A stretch of 64,000 bases of DNA from Amoebidium appalachense (taxonomy: Eukaryota > Protista > Ichthyosporea), in the NCBI GenBank assembly GCA_963693365.1, contig CAVNZM010000005.1:1674001-1738000 (forward strand), given 5' to 3'. Below, in pieces: positions 31,527-64,000 of the stretch. The first letter of the stretch is position 1, and each line of letters opens with the position of its first letter. The position numbers and the translations under genes are program-made. The notes beneath the pieces were generated by a model, which was given only the letters and a program-made list of their open reading frames with translations, was not told the DNA's origin and made no database searches.

Positions 31527-32880
31527 GGTTGCGGTTTACTTGCACGTTGGTATTAATATAAATATGAAATAAGTATTTTTATTTAAGAGAAAGCAAAGAG
31601 AGACCAGCCTACAAACAGGCTATTTAGTGGCAGCCTGTGCTCACGGCCCCCAACTGCAGGTCGAGTTCTGTCGGTGTGTTTTCTTGTTGTGGCCGGGAGC
31701 GGGTTTACCGGGAGCGCGCCTTTTCCGAGCCACTTGGCGCGAATTAGTCCCCTCAGATGACCTGGGTTCTTGACAAAACACTTAAAAAAAAATAATAGCT
31801 TAATACAATAGTATTAATACAAAAAAAAAGACAATTTGGTAAACAATGATAGTATAAAGACCATAATATTTTAAACATTTTATATAAAATAGATATGCAG
31901 TTAACCAAGTCATTATTTCTGAAGAAATAGTTACAATAGCTGTCCGACTCTTCAAGTTCTAAGATTTGTTGGCAATTTTTTTTCTTCTTTTGACTCGGGT
32001 TTATAGATCCGTTTAAAAAGGAACGTGCAGCCACAGGCTACATAACCACTAATAGAACTGAAAAAGCCAAAGCTACGAAATAAAAATAAAGCGACAAGTG
32101 ACAAAGGACACCAGCGGGCAAAACCTTAAGTGTACGTGTATGCGTGAAACTAGTTTGCTCCAACTAGTCATATGCATCGATGAAGTTGACCAGACCACAC
32201 TCCGCAAGAAGACATCATTACTGCTCCTTCCCAACAGGCCCCCCTCAAAACCTACCGAGGCACAACAAGCAAGTCAGCCTCGAAAAGAGCAATGCAGACC
32301 AAATCTGAGCTAAAAAACAATTCCAACGGGCCCGGTTCCTAGATAACCCGGAGAAACTGCATCTAGCTCTCTGATAAGGTGGCCTAGTTGTGGCAGGACC
32401 ACACAGAAAAACACAATTACAGAATGCATGCAAGCAAACCCGGTCATTGGCAATTTAGGTGGAGACCAAAAACACCCCTCCTCAGAAAGTGTGGGGTGTT
32501 TTGGGATGCGCGCCATTTTGAATCCAGGCCCAGGAAGGCCCATAGTATCCTTATCTATTTTAGACCTTCTGATATCTGTCTAGGCTATTTTAAGACAGCA
32601 TGACGCAAAATCTACCTGGCAATGATTGGTGCGAGAATCTCGTGTCATGCCGATAACATAATTGATTTAAAAAATCTACTAACCAGACAATTACCTTTAA
32701 AGTATCTCTTACAGTAGACAGTAAAAGATTTAGGTACTTTAAAATGTTCAAAGTCATGAACTTAATATTGGCTACGGTTTCCCGCCCCCAAAATCACGCT
32801 GCGTTTACTAGCACCATTTCGCGTTTTTTCTTGTTTGTGGATCCGGAAGGCTAACGGGAGGCTTTGCTCTCAACTAGAAA

Positions 32881-32976
32881 ATGGTGCAGAACATTAGCAA
32901 CTTCGAGACTTATCTCGAGACAGACACGCTTCTGTATTGGTACGCTGTTATCCTTCCCCCCTTCCCCGCCCCCCAC

Positions 32977-33009
<33 letters not shown>

Positions 33010-34259
33010 TTTTCACGGCTTCCCCTCTAGATCTTACATCTGCTGTAGCCTCTTCCCCGTACTCATGAGATTATGACACAGGACTAGTGTTTCGTTTGTC
33101 CTGGAGTAACAAGTTTGAAGATATTTCTAGTATAAGCGCTTTTCAGTGCTGTGCTCTTTCTTGTTTCTGGCCCCTCGTATTTTGTGCACTCTCTTTTCAA
33201 TAAAGGCGCCTGCTACAATAAAAGGCAAAGGACAAGCTTCGGCTCTCTTTCGTAGTTGCCTTGCGCATGGGTGGGAAGCAGATGTTTTGGCTGAAGAAAA
33301 TCTCAAGATCCCTGCTATGTTGATGAGGATTACTTGTGAATGCCGTGCTCCAATCGAAGCCACCACAGTGCATTCTTACGACCTACACAGATCAGTGCTT
33401 CATAGCGTTCTTTCCCCTTTCTTTTCTTCATTCTACCCCAAGCAAGAGCCATGCATCACCCTGATCCCTTTCAATTCCGGCCGGAATTACACCTCCCCCC
33501 CTTCTTCTTCCTCCCCCCCCCCCTCCCCCCCTCCCCTCGCCCCACCTTGCCCCTTGCTTCCTGCACTTACCTCCCACTCAATCATTAAACCGACAAAGTT
33601 CAACCAACTAACCCTGACCCTCTTGCCACAGCTGGACATGGGCACTCACCTGTGTGGGCTCTGGTCTCGTGACGGGTATTCTTCTTTCACGCAACAGCAG
33701 TGGGTGGGATAAGTTCAGCATCTACTGGTTCTCTATCTGTGCCTTTATTCACTTCTTCTTGGAGGGGTCGATGGTGGTGCTGAACGATAGCGTAGCTACA
33801 CGGGAGGACATCTTCGGCGCAACATGTAAGTGTGGGGGCTCTACACGGCTCTTAGGTGGACACTGTGGTGATACTTGAAAATACGTGTCAAGTGTGTTGC
33901 ATAGCATGGCTGGAAAATGAGAGCGTGGGGGATCGTCTTACAGAGATGGGAAGGCAAGGGGCGACCCAGGGAGGGGGGGGGGGTTTGGAGGCTGGATGGG
34001 TTTTTTTTTTGTTTTTTGTTTTTTTTTTTTGGGGGGGGGGGGGACGGTGGGGTGGGGTGTTTGAGAGTTTAGGGCATGTGAAAGAAAGGCGATAACAACG
34101 GAAGAGACCAGACTTAGAATGGTCGAATGTTCCTTAGTATGCACTAAACGGCACCTTTGGATGAGGGAAGGGCGAAGGAGAGAATGCGCCAGGGGGGAGG
34201 GGGGAGGGGATCGATAGAAGAAAGAGGTGTCAACGGAACGGGAGGGCAGGGAAGGGGCG

Positions 34260-34294
<35 letters not shown>

Positions 34295-34700
34295 GGGGGG
34301 GGGGGGGGGGGAGGGGGGGGGGGGGCAGTGATAAGGAGGGAGATCATGAGTAGTGAGGACGCCGGTGGTGGGGAAGGGGGAGTGGAAAGGGGCACGGAGA
34401 AGGGGAGGGGAAAGGGAGGAGGGGAGGGATGAGGGAGGGAAGAGTCTCGGAGAGGTTTCAAGCTGTGACACTGACTGGGGTTTTTTCAGGGAGGGAGTAT
34501 GGCCGTGGTGATGCTCGCTACATCACCTCGGATGGGTTCACCGTTATCATGGAGGGGTAGGTGCACATCCGGTGTGTGTGTGTGTGTGTGTATTATTTTT
34601 GGGCCTGTCGCTCACTTATGTGTGGTGGGGATAAAGGATCCGTCCGGTAGAGCGGAGCTTCACCCCGTTGTCTGCCCCCCCCCCCCCCCCCCCCCCCCCC

Positions 34701-34733
<33 letters not shown>

Positions 34734-36055
34734 ACCCCACCTGTCTGTCTTCCACCTCGTCTCCTTCCCCATCCCCCTCATGTACGGCAGGCCCACTCTG
34801 TCCTCATGTTACATGGCCATGTTAAAGCTTTTTTAGGCAATTTATGATCACATTTTGAGGCTTTTTTTGACTCTCCCCCCCCCCCCCCCCCCCCTCCTCC
34901 GCCTCGGGGGCCACTCGCCCTTTAAAAAACACATATGCATACTCACACACCACACACCCTAATGCTCTCCCTGCCCCCCCCCCCCCCCCCCCCCCCCCTC
35001 CCTCGCCCGTGCACTCGCCCTTAAAAAAGCATATATACCCCCCCCCCCCCCACACACACACACACATATAAACACATTTTTCGTTAAGACTAGCTTCCCC
35101 CCCCCCTCCCCCCGCCCGCCTGCCCCTCTACTCTCCCTTACCCCTGGGGGTGCGCATCCACACACACATCCTTACACCTGTAGATCCACAAACACATGCA
35201 CACGTGTCAGTTGCGCCCCAATCAGCCAGCCCCCCACTGCATCCCTCCCCCCCAAACCCCCCCCCCTCTTCCCCCACCCCATCCCTGGACCCTTGACCTA
35301 CTGTCGTTTCTAAAGGCCTTCGGGACTTAATTCTTTTCAGCTGGTGTAGTATGTTAGCCAGGGAAGTATCGACTTAGGTAGCGACGGGGGAGCTTCCTAG
35401 AAGCCCCGTCTCCTGAGTTCCTATCTATATTTTTCTTGCTTCTGCTTACTGCTGCAACTTTACCCCCGGCCTTTCCCACTGCCCTTGCCTGCATAAGCAA
35501 CCCTGCTCGTCTCTGATCAAGACGGGTGACCTACCCATGTTCAAGTGAAACAGTATCTGAGTTGGGTTTCGTCAACGAAGTGAATAGGTCGAAACTCGGG
35601 TACTGTGGGTGACGTGGGCCCCCCCTGAGGATGGGCTCTGCTTATTATGCATACTCTTTATGTATGGTTTGCATTCTGCATCGTGTTATCCGTTTGTTCT
35701 TGTGTACTTCGTACTTTTTGACGCATTCAAACCCCCCCCCCCCCCCCCCCCCCCCCCTTCTCCATACACCCACACCCACCTACCCACACACCCACCTCTG
35801 TTGCCGGTTTCAAACCATGCTCATCCCATCCACACCATCATGCATGGTCACATCCCCCAACCAGTCTGCCTCTCTCTCCCCATGTGCCACCGCATATGCC
35901 CCTATTTCCTGACCCACCCACCCACAGGATCACGGCGTTCTTTGATGGCCCCGTGGCCCTCCTTGTTGCTGTGGCCATCTCCAGGCGCTCCCACTTCCGC
36001 TATCCCTTCCAGCTCATGGTCTCCATCTGCCAGGTCTGTACACTACCCCCCCCCC

Positions 36056-36091
<36 letters not shown>

Positions 36092-36634
36092 AGCCCCCCT
36101 TCCCCGCCTCCCGCGCGTCTTCAGCCCTTCGTATGATCTCTTTTTGTATGTCTGAGTTCCATGTGTTCATTTTGCTGCCGGCTGTGTTTGTGTGGAAGCC
36201 CTCTTCTGTACGCTGTCCACAAGTTCCCCCCCTCCCCCCCCCCAGCCCTAGCCGCCGCCATCCTGCCACTTCTCCTCCCCCTTATACTGATGCATCAACA
36301 GCACCCCAACCCATACCATACCACGGTTGCGCATGTCGGGTGTTACTAGTATTTTGTTGAGATGGACTCTTTGTCTTGTTTGGAACTTACACTGCAATTA
36401 CACACCTCACAATTTCCGTTGACCTGAATTTGTCTGTTCGACTTGCCCGATATTCTCTTGCTCTCCACCCATCCCCCCCTCATCCCGCCCCCCAACTCCA
36501 CCCATCTCCACCTTTCCTCTGTGCCGTTGTGCAATCAAGCACCCTCTTTCTTGCCCAACCCTGCTCTGTCTCCCCCCCCCCCCCCCCCCCCCCCCCCCCA
36601 CCCCCTCCCCACCCTGCCCCAATCACTTACACAC

Positions 36635-36665
<31 letters not shown>

Positions 36666-36751
36666 ATGCACACGCACACTCTCTCCCTTCCTCACCACCA
36701 CCATACACACACGCATATACACATGCGCACACACCCTCGCCATCCCTCCAC

Positions 36752-36821
<70 letters not shown>

Positions 36822-37042
36822 AACAGCTCTACGGGTGCATCCTCTATTTCGGCATTGAAATCTTTGAGGGATTCAAGAGCATCAACACGGGCTCTCCGTT
36901 CCACTTCTGGGTGTACTTCTTCCTCATGAATTTCATCTGGATTGTGATTCCCTTGACACAGGCTTATGATTCTGCTAAGTTCCTGCTGAATGCTTGCAAG
37001 TTGGCACAGCAGCCAATTGCTAACGGGAAGAAGCGCCACTAA
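32881..37042 (+). CDS. EBP: Emopamil-binding protein family sterol delta8-delta7 isomerase, 5 exons
   Basis: Exons 32881-32939, 33632-33825, 34490-34556, 35928-36033, 36827-37042 (TAA). Motifs [66 protein letters not shown]; C-terminal KKRH (KKxx ER-retrieval-like). Confidence 0.93.
35290..35758 (+). mobile_element. Dispersed intronic element, longest copy C (SINE/non-LTR-like; 5' limit uncertain)
   Basis: Unique-complexity island in EBP intron 3. Its 3' part (35587-35732) matches copies at ~18.7, ~23.5, ~43.7 (-) and ~58.0 kb. It contains several hairpins and ends in CATTCAAAC + poly(C). Mobility is inferred, not shown. Confidence 0.55.
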
Positions 37043-37324
37043 GAAAGCATGATTATAAGATTTGAAAGTGAATGTCCCACTACCAATTTTTACCCTTTTA
37101 TTTGGCGTTATTGGTGAAGGTTACAGTGGATGCAGACGTGGATGTGGAGGTGGTAGTGAAACTTTAAGCCCCTCCCCCCCCCCCGTATATCCGGTGACTC
37201 TTTATACATATGAATGTAGGAAATATTTATCGCAGTCCCTTTCCCCCCAGTCTATTAGTTTGACCCATTTCCATTACTTTGTGTGCTTTTTGACGCAGAA
37301 TATCATGGTACCACTTTTACAAGG

Positions 37325-37366
<42 letters not shown>

Positions 37367-37557
37367 TTTGCTTTTTTTCTTTGAAACATTTGAAGCGCCT
37401 AAACTAACCACACCACAGCACACATCCCAGGTGGATGTATTAGATGAGGGTTTTTGTGTCAGCAGTGAGCTATAGGATGGCAGGTCCTATCCCGTATGGA
37501 ATTAAATTTAAATTGTCCACATCCGGATCCAGAAATTTAGTTCTTATTGCGGTCTTA

Positions 37558-37607
<50 letters not shown>

Positions 37608-38787
37608 ACACCCTGAAAAAAAACAAAAAAAAAAACATCAACACCACTAACCCGCCCACTATCTGTCTGTTCAATAGCACGAACATGAGATGTATGGATA
37701 GATATATTTGTGTGTGTGTGTGTGTGCGTGCGGGGTAAAACACAGGCAAAAATGACCCGAGCATCGAAGGCATGTGCATGTGCCTAGCCAAGCATGATCG
37801 TCAATTGCAATGTATGATGCGCATCTATAGCTTAGGAGTCCTAACTGGTTTACCTCGGCTATGCCATAATGAATTGTGTAGGCGAAGTGTGCACAAACAC
37901 AGAAAAGGAATCGCTGTGACCACGAAGGTCCGTGCTCCAGAAATATCGTAGCAAGTAACTCATCTGTTTGGTGGTGTGAGGGGACCATGGCTGTAGACGG
38001 GCACGAGGCCTCTCTCTTCCCCTCCCCCCCGGGCCCCCCTTCTTTTGTTTCTTCAGTATTTTTTTTGCCACTTCCATTTTCGTTGGTGTATGTGTTTGTA
38101 CACGTGTACACGTGTGTGTGTGTGTGTGTATCTGTGGAAACAAGGCAAGCCCTCCAAGGGGATAACCTGACCGGAAATGCCCCCATACATCGATGATCCC
38201 CCTCCCCCTCCCCACACCCACACACCCACCGACATGTACACACACACACACGTCACACACACACACACAGATGGCGGGCAAAAATGGATGGGGAAAAGAT
38301 ATTCAGCTGCAGGCCTAGGAGACGAAAAGATATAAAGCCAGCTCTTTGTTTATTTATATATATTTGGGGGGGGGGGGGGGGGGGGGGGGGGGGTTCTCCT
38401 GGCATCAGGTGTTTGTTGCATTGTTCTATAAGGATCTATCCGCACCAAGTTTATCTCGTGCTAGAAATTCATTACGCTACAATCGCTACCTTATCGTCAA
38501 ACTGTCGGTGATTACAGAAATTAAATTTGGATTCAATGCGAAAATTCTAACTCCTCACCAGTAAGGGCTTAAGTTATCCCTACAAAATGCTTAACTCTCA
38601 AGGTTAAAAAAGCACTCCTGAATACCTAAATATGTCCATATCATGCATTTGAATTCAAGAACTTGCTTTGAAGAAGCACAGTAAGACACAGTAAGACATC
38701 TTTTTGCAGATAAAAAAGGCAAGTCGGAAAATCAATAAAAAGGGGGAACCCCATAACAGACGGCCAAAAAAAATCCTCGCGTCTACA

Positions 38788-38819
<32 letters not shown>

Positions 38820-39347
38820 GGGGGGAATCTCGACGCATGTTTCTATTTATGAGAGCTTACCACACAACACATGTGAATGCCCGATTAAAAAAAACCGGGT
38901 TTCCAGAACCAACCGCGTCCATTTAAACACATGGCCTAGGCCCTACCTTTGCTAGAAAAGATTCACAGCCTTGAACTATTAAGGTAGTAGAAAAATTGGA
39001 ATGATAAGTAAAACCCCCACGAAAAGGCGAAAAGAATGCAGGAATTACCACAGCGTCCACAGCATATATCCATGTTCGCGTCAACCCCTTCTCTCCATCT
39101 CTTTATGCTCTCCCCAACTTTTTTATCGCGGTCCCCCCCCCCCCCCCCCCCCCCAGTAGTTCGTTGTTTGTGTGTGCACACTTCAAAGCACGTCCTACGT
39201 CAGCTCAACTGGATCCCGGCATTCTGACAATGCACGCGTGTGTTTGCTGTGTGTGTTCACCTGTACACAAGTCGTGTGTGTACGTGTTTGTGTACTAAAT
39301 TGTACGACCTGCTACGTATCTCTCTATGGTAGCAGGAGACGGGGCAA

Positions 39348-49972
<10,625 letters not shown>

Positions 49973-50017
49973 TACCAATTCGTATGTACGATCATCGTGA
50001 TGTGTTGGCTCGAGATC

Positions 50018-50145
<128 letters not shown>

Positions 50146-50691
50146 CTTTCTTTCTTCCTGTCTTTTTTCTTTGTTTTGGGGGGGGGGGGGGGGGGGGGAG
50201 GGGGAGAGGGGGGCATGGGAGGCATTTGCAGTTGCTCGAATTTTTGTGTGTGTATGTGCTTTTTTCTTCTTTTTTTCTTTTACCTTTTTTTTTTGCGGGG
50301 GGAGAGGGGAGGGGGAGGTCAGCGTGTGCGTGTTTGCAAGTGCTTTTGTGGGCACTTGGACACAACTGTTTCTCTACTATTTGTTTCCTCAAGCACTGTA
50401 CATTGACCAGAAAAGTGGAAATTTTCGAAGGTGTTGGTGTTTGAGCCCGCGGGGCGGGGGGGAAGGGGGAGGGGGGGGGGAGGGTCTTGATGTGCGGATG
50501 TGAATGTGCACACGCAGCTGTAGTGAGCAATCAACGGGGTGAATGCGTCCATAAAGTCCGTGGAAAATAAGTGTGCTTGCAGATGGCATGTGTTACTGCC
50601 AAATCCCTTAGGTTGTTAAAATGGATGCACCGGCTTGATCCGAAGTTAGTGATTCGTTGAATCTTAGCAGTGTTACATGTGCAGGCAACCG

Positions 50692-50742
50692 GTAAACGGG
50701 ACTGAGTGCTACACGGATGTAAACGGGACTGAGTGCTACACG
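50692..50742 (+). repeat. 27-bp tandem duplication
   Basis: GTAAACGGGACTGAGTGCTACACG occurs twice, 27 bp apart. Confidence 0.9.
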
Positions 50743-51699
50743 AGAGAAGGGTCAAGGATAGAGAACAAAGGCATATGGAGGAAGAGGGCGGAGAATGGGA
50801 TGTGGGAAGAGACCGAAAGACAGAGAGACAAAGAGGGACGAGAGAAAGAAGGGGGAGGGGAGGAGGGAGGGGAGGGCAGGGAGGGAAGGAAGGATGGCGG
50901 AAGTCACTGAGGTCAGAGAGGGCAGAGGAAGCTGGGGAGTGGGGGTTGAACAGTGGGGGTTGGTCGGGGAGCGGGGTGAGGCCCCGGGGGGTGGGCGGGA
51001 GGGGAAGGGGGAGGGGGGGGGGGGAGGGGGGGGGGGGGGGAGGGGGGGGGGAAGGGGGGGGAGAGGGGGGTAGGGGATGATAGCTGTTCCGGAAGCAAGA
51101 GGGGGGGGAAAGGGGGGGGGGGGGGGGGGGTGAGAATGGTGAGGGATTGAAAGATTGGGATTTGAAAAGCAATAAGGTATAGGAATCATTTTCAGTTGCA
51201 CTGTAAGACTTCTGAGTTCCACCCGTGCCCGTTCAAAACTAATCACCAGCATCAAAACCACCACTTGGACCCACCTAGTGATTGCAGGCGTTTCGCCGGG
51301 ACTCGCCTACGCGGCGGCCCGACCTCCGTTGTGTGGGCGGTCTGCATCACAGACAGGAGCCTAAAAGATCATAATATAAGCCTAAAAATAAAGAGAAGCA
51401 ATCAAAGTACTGGACCCCATTCACATTCAATCGCCGTGTACTTCAAAGGGAGCTATGCACAGCTATAGTGTGTGTTGGCTGCAGCTTTGTGGGTACCGAT
51501 TCCCTTATGTAGTTTCATATGAGGTTATGGATGATAAGACGTTTTAATTTTACATACGCACATGGGTGTAGGTATATAGCGTGCAGACCGTCCGATAACA
51601 CGACAAAAAGGAGTCAACCCGCTGCCTTTTCGCTTGTTTTTTTCCAAGAGAGGCCTTTGCAACTTGCATTTGTGTGCGATTTCAAGTTGATGAGCACTG

Positions 51700-52220
51700 G
51701 ACAAAGCCAACCACCGGCAAATCAGCAGGTATAGTTAAGATTCTTTAAAGTTTGTTGAATGCATTAATCAGATCTTAAAAAAGAAATTTCTGCCGTCACA
51801 CATTTTATGTGAGGTAAAAGTCATCTAACTGATTTTAGTAAGGTGTAGCAGTTGTAGCCAATCGGTATGAGCTTTGGCACATTCCGGAATCCTCAGTGAA
51901 TTTCCGGACTCCGCCGGGAGGCTCCGAGCCTCCAAGCCCGGCCGGGCCACCGTAGGTATACAACTTATGTTCAATAGGATGAGAGTTTCTAAACAAAGCT
52001 GTAAAAATAGATTTGGCCCGTAATTTTTATAATAAACTGAAGAAAAGCTGACACTACGCATTCTGCTGTACCGTATCACTTACTCAATTTGCTGTCGCAC
52101 TCGCATACCGGAAGCCAACTTTGAAGGAGCCTCCCTGGAAGCCAATCACATACGCAACAGCTCTTCTCAGGAATTTGAAAACTACTAATCGCGCTCAGCA
52201 ATTAACCATATATAGGTATA
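51700..52220. promoter_or_regulatory. Divergent promoter region between the lipase (-) and DENND6 (+)
   Basis: Repeat-free spacer with AGCCAATCGG (~51857), CCGGAAG (~52108) and AGCCAATCAC (~52140). Probable DENND6 5'UTR intron ending TTTCGCAG at 52678. Confidence 0.45.
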
Positions 52221-52748
52221 AGTTTACAAGACTCGCTTTCCTATTGCATTCCTATATTAGATACTCTGTTCCTATTCGCAGCTTTGTGGCCTCAGAGGAC
52301 GGCAAATTTTACTGAGTGAGCCAACCGTGACGGCTGGCAACCGTTGAACTTCGTTTTTGATCAATACACTTTTCTTTTTTTTTTTAAAGAAAACCTTTCC
52401 AGAATTCATGTTGTTATCAGTGATGCGCCACACACCATTACACCTTCTTAGACGAACCTTATAGCGGAGGCTTTCTTTATATAGATCCCCCCCCCCCCCC
52501 CCCCTTCAACCCTGTATTGTGCCCCCCTCTCCCCGTCACGCCCAACCCCCCCCCCCCCCCCCTCCCCCCTTCCCCCCCTCTTGATTTTACGCCCTCCTCG
52601 TTCTGTATACTCTTAAGCTTGGTCGTTCCCACACCAACACACATATCCGTTCTCTTTTCTGCTTATGTGCTTTCGCAGGCGCAGCCTTCACATTAGCCAG
52701 AACATGGTTTTATTCCGTACCCCAACCTAGTGGCGCAATATCGCAAAA

Positions 52749-63857
<11,109 letters not shown>

Positions 63858-63864
63858 GTACGTG

Positions 63865-63922
<58 letters not shown>

Positions 63923-64000
63923 TGCCTGCCAGGAGGGGGAAGGAACGCCGCGGGGGGGGGGGGGGGGGGGGAGGGGGGAGGGGGGAAGGGGAGTAAATGG

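Noticed and set aside
35512-35632. Canonical hammerhead ribozyme
   Set aside because: CTGATCA lacks the C3-G8 pair, and stems I/II cannot be formed around CTGAGGA in type I, II or III topology by hand; kept only as a tentative finding.

Overview
Eukaryotic, intron-dense genomic DNA, probably from a unicellular eukaryote (an ichthyosporean-like opisthokont is a guess from gene content and intron style). Short GT-AG exons sit in introns packed with poly(C)/poly(G), (CA)n/(TG)n and (CT)n tracts, so almost all ORFs in the supplied track are low-complexity artefacts. Splicing by hand gives, in order: the 3' part of a VWA-domain gene (+), a 55-aa RPB12/POLR2K missed by the ORF track (-), an intronless MAPEG gene (-), an 11-exon SETD6/RKM3-like lysine methyltransferase (+), a broken helical-repeat + MYND-finger gene (-), an EBP sterol isomerase (+), a patatin TAG lipase of the TGL4/SDP1 type (-) with an 8-nt microexon and a GC-AG intron, and the 5' part of DENND6 (+). 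The most unusual signals are (i) a dispersed, 5'-truncated intronic element always in host-sense orientation whose 3' end runs into poly(C), (ii) a homopolymer/(CA)n layout around splice sites, and (iii) two pairs of frame-compensating lesions in the MYND gene, one removable as a possible new 45-nt intron. No database searches were possible; family calls rest on recognised motifs.
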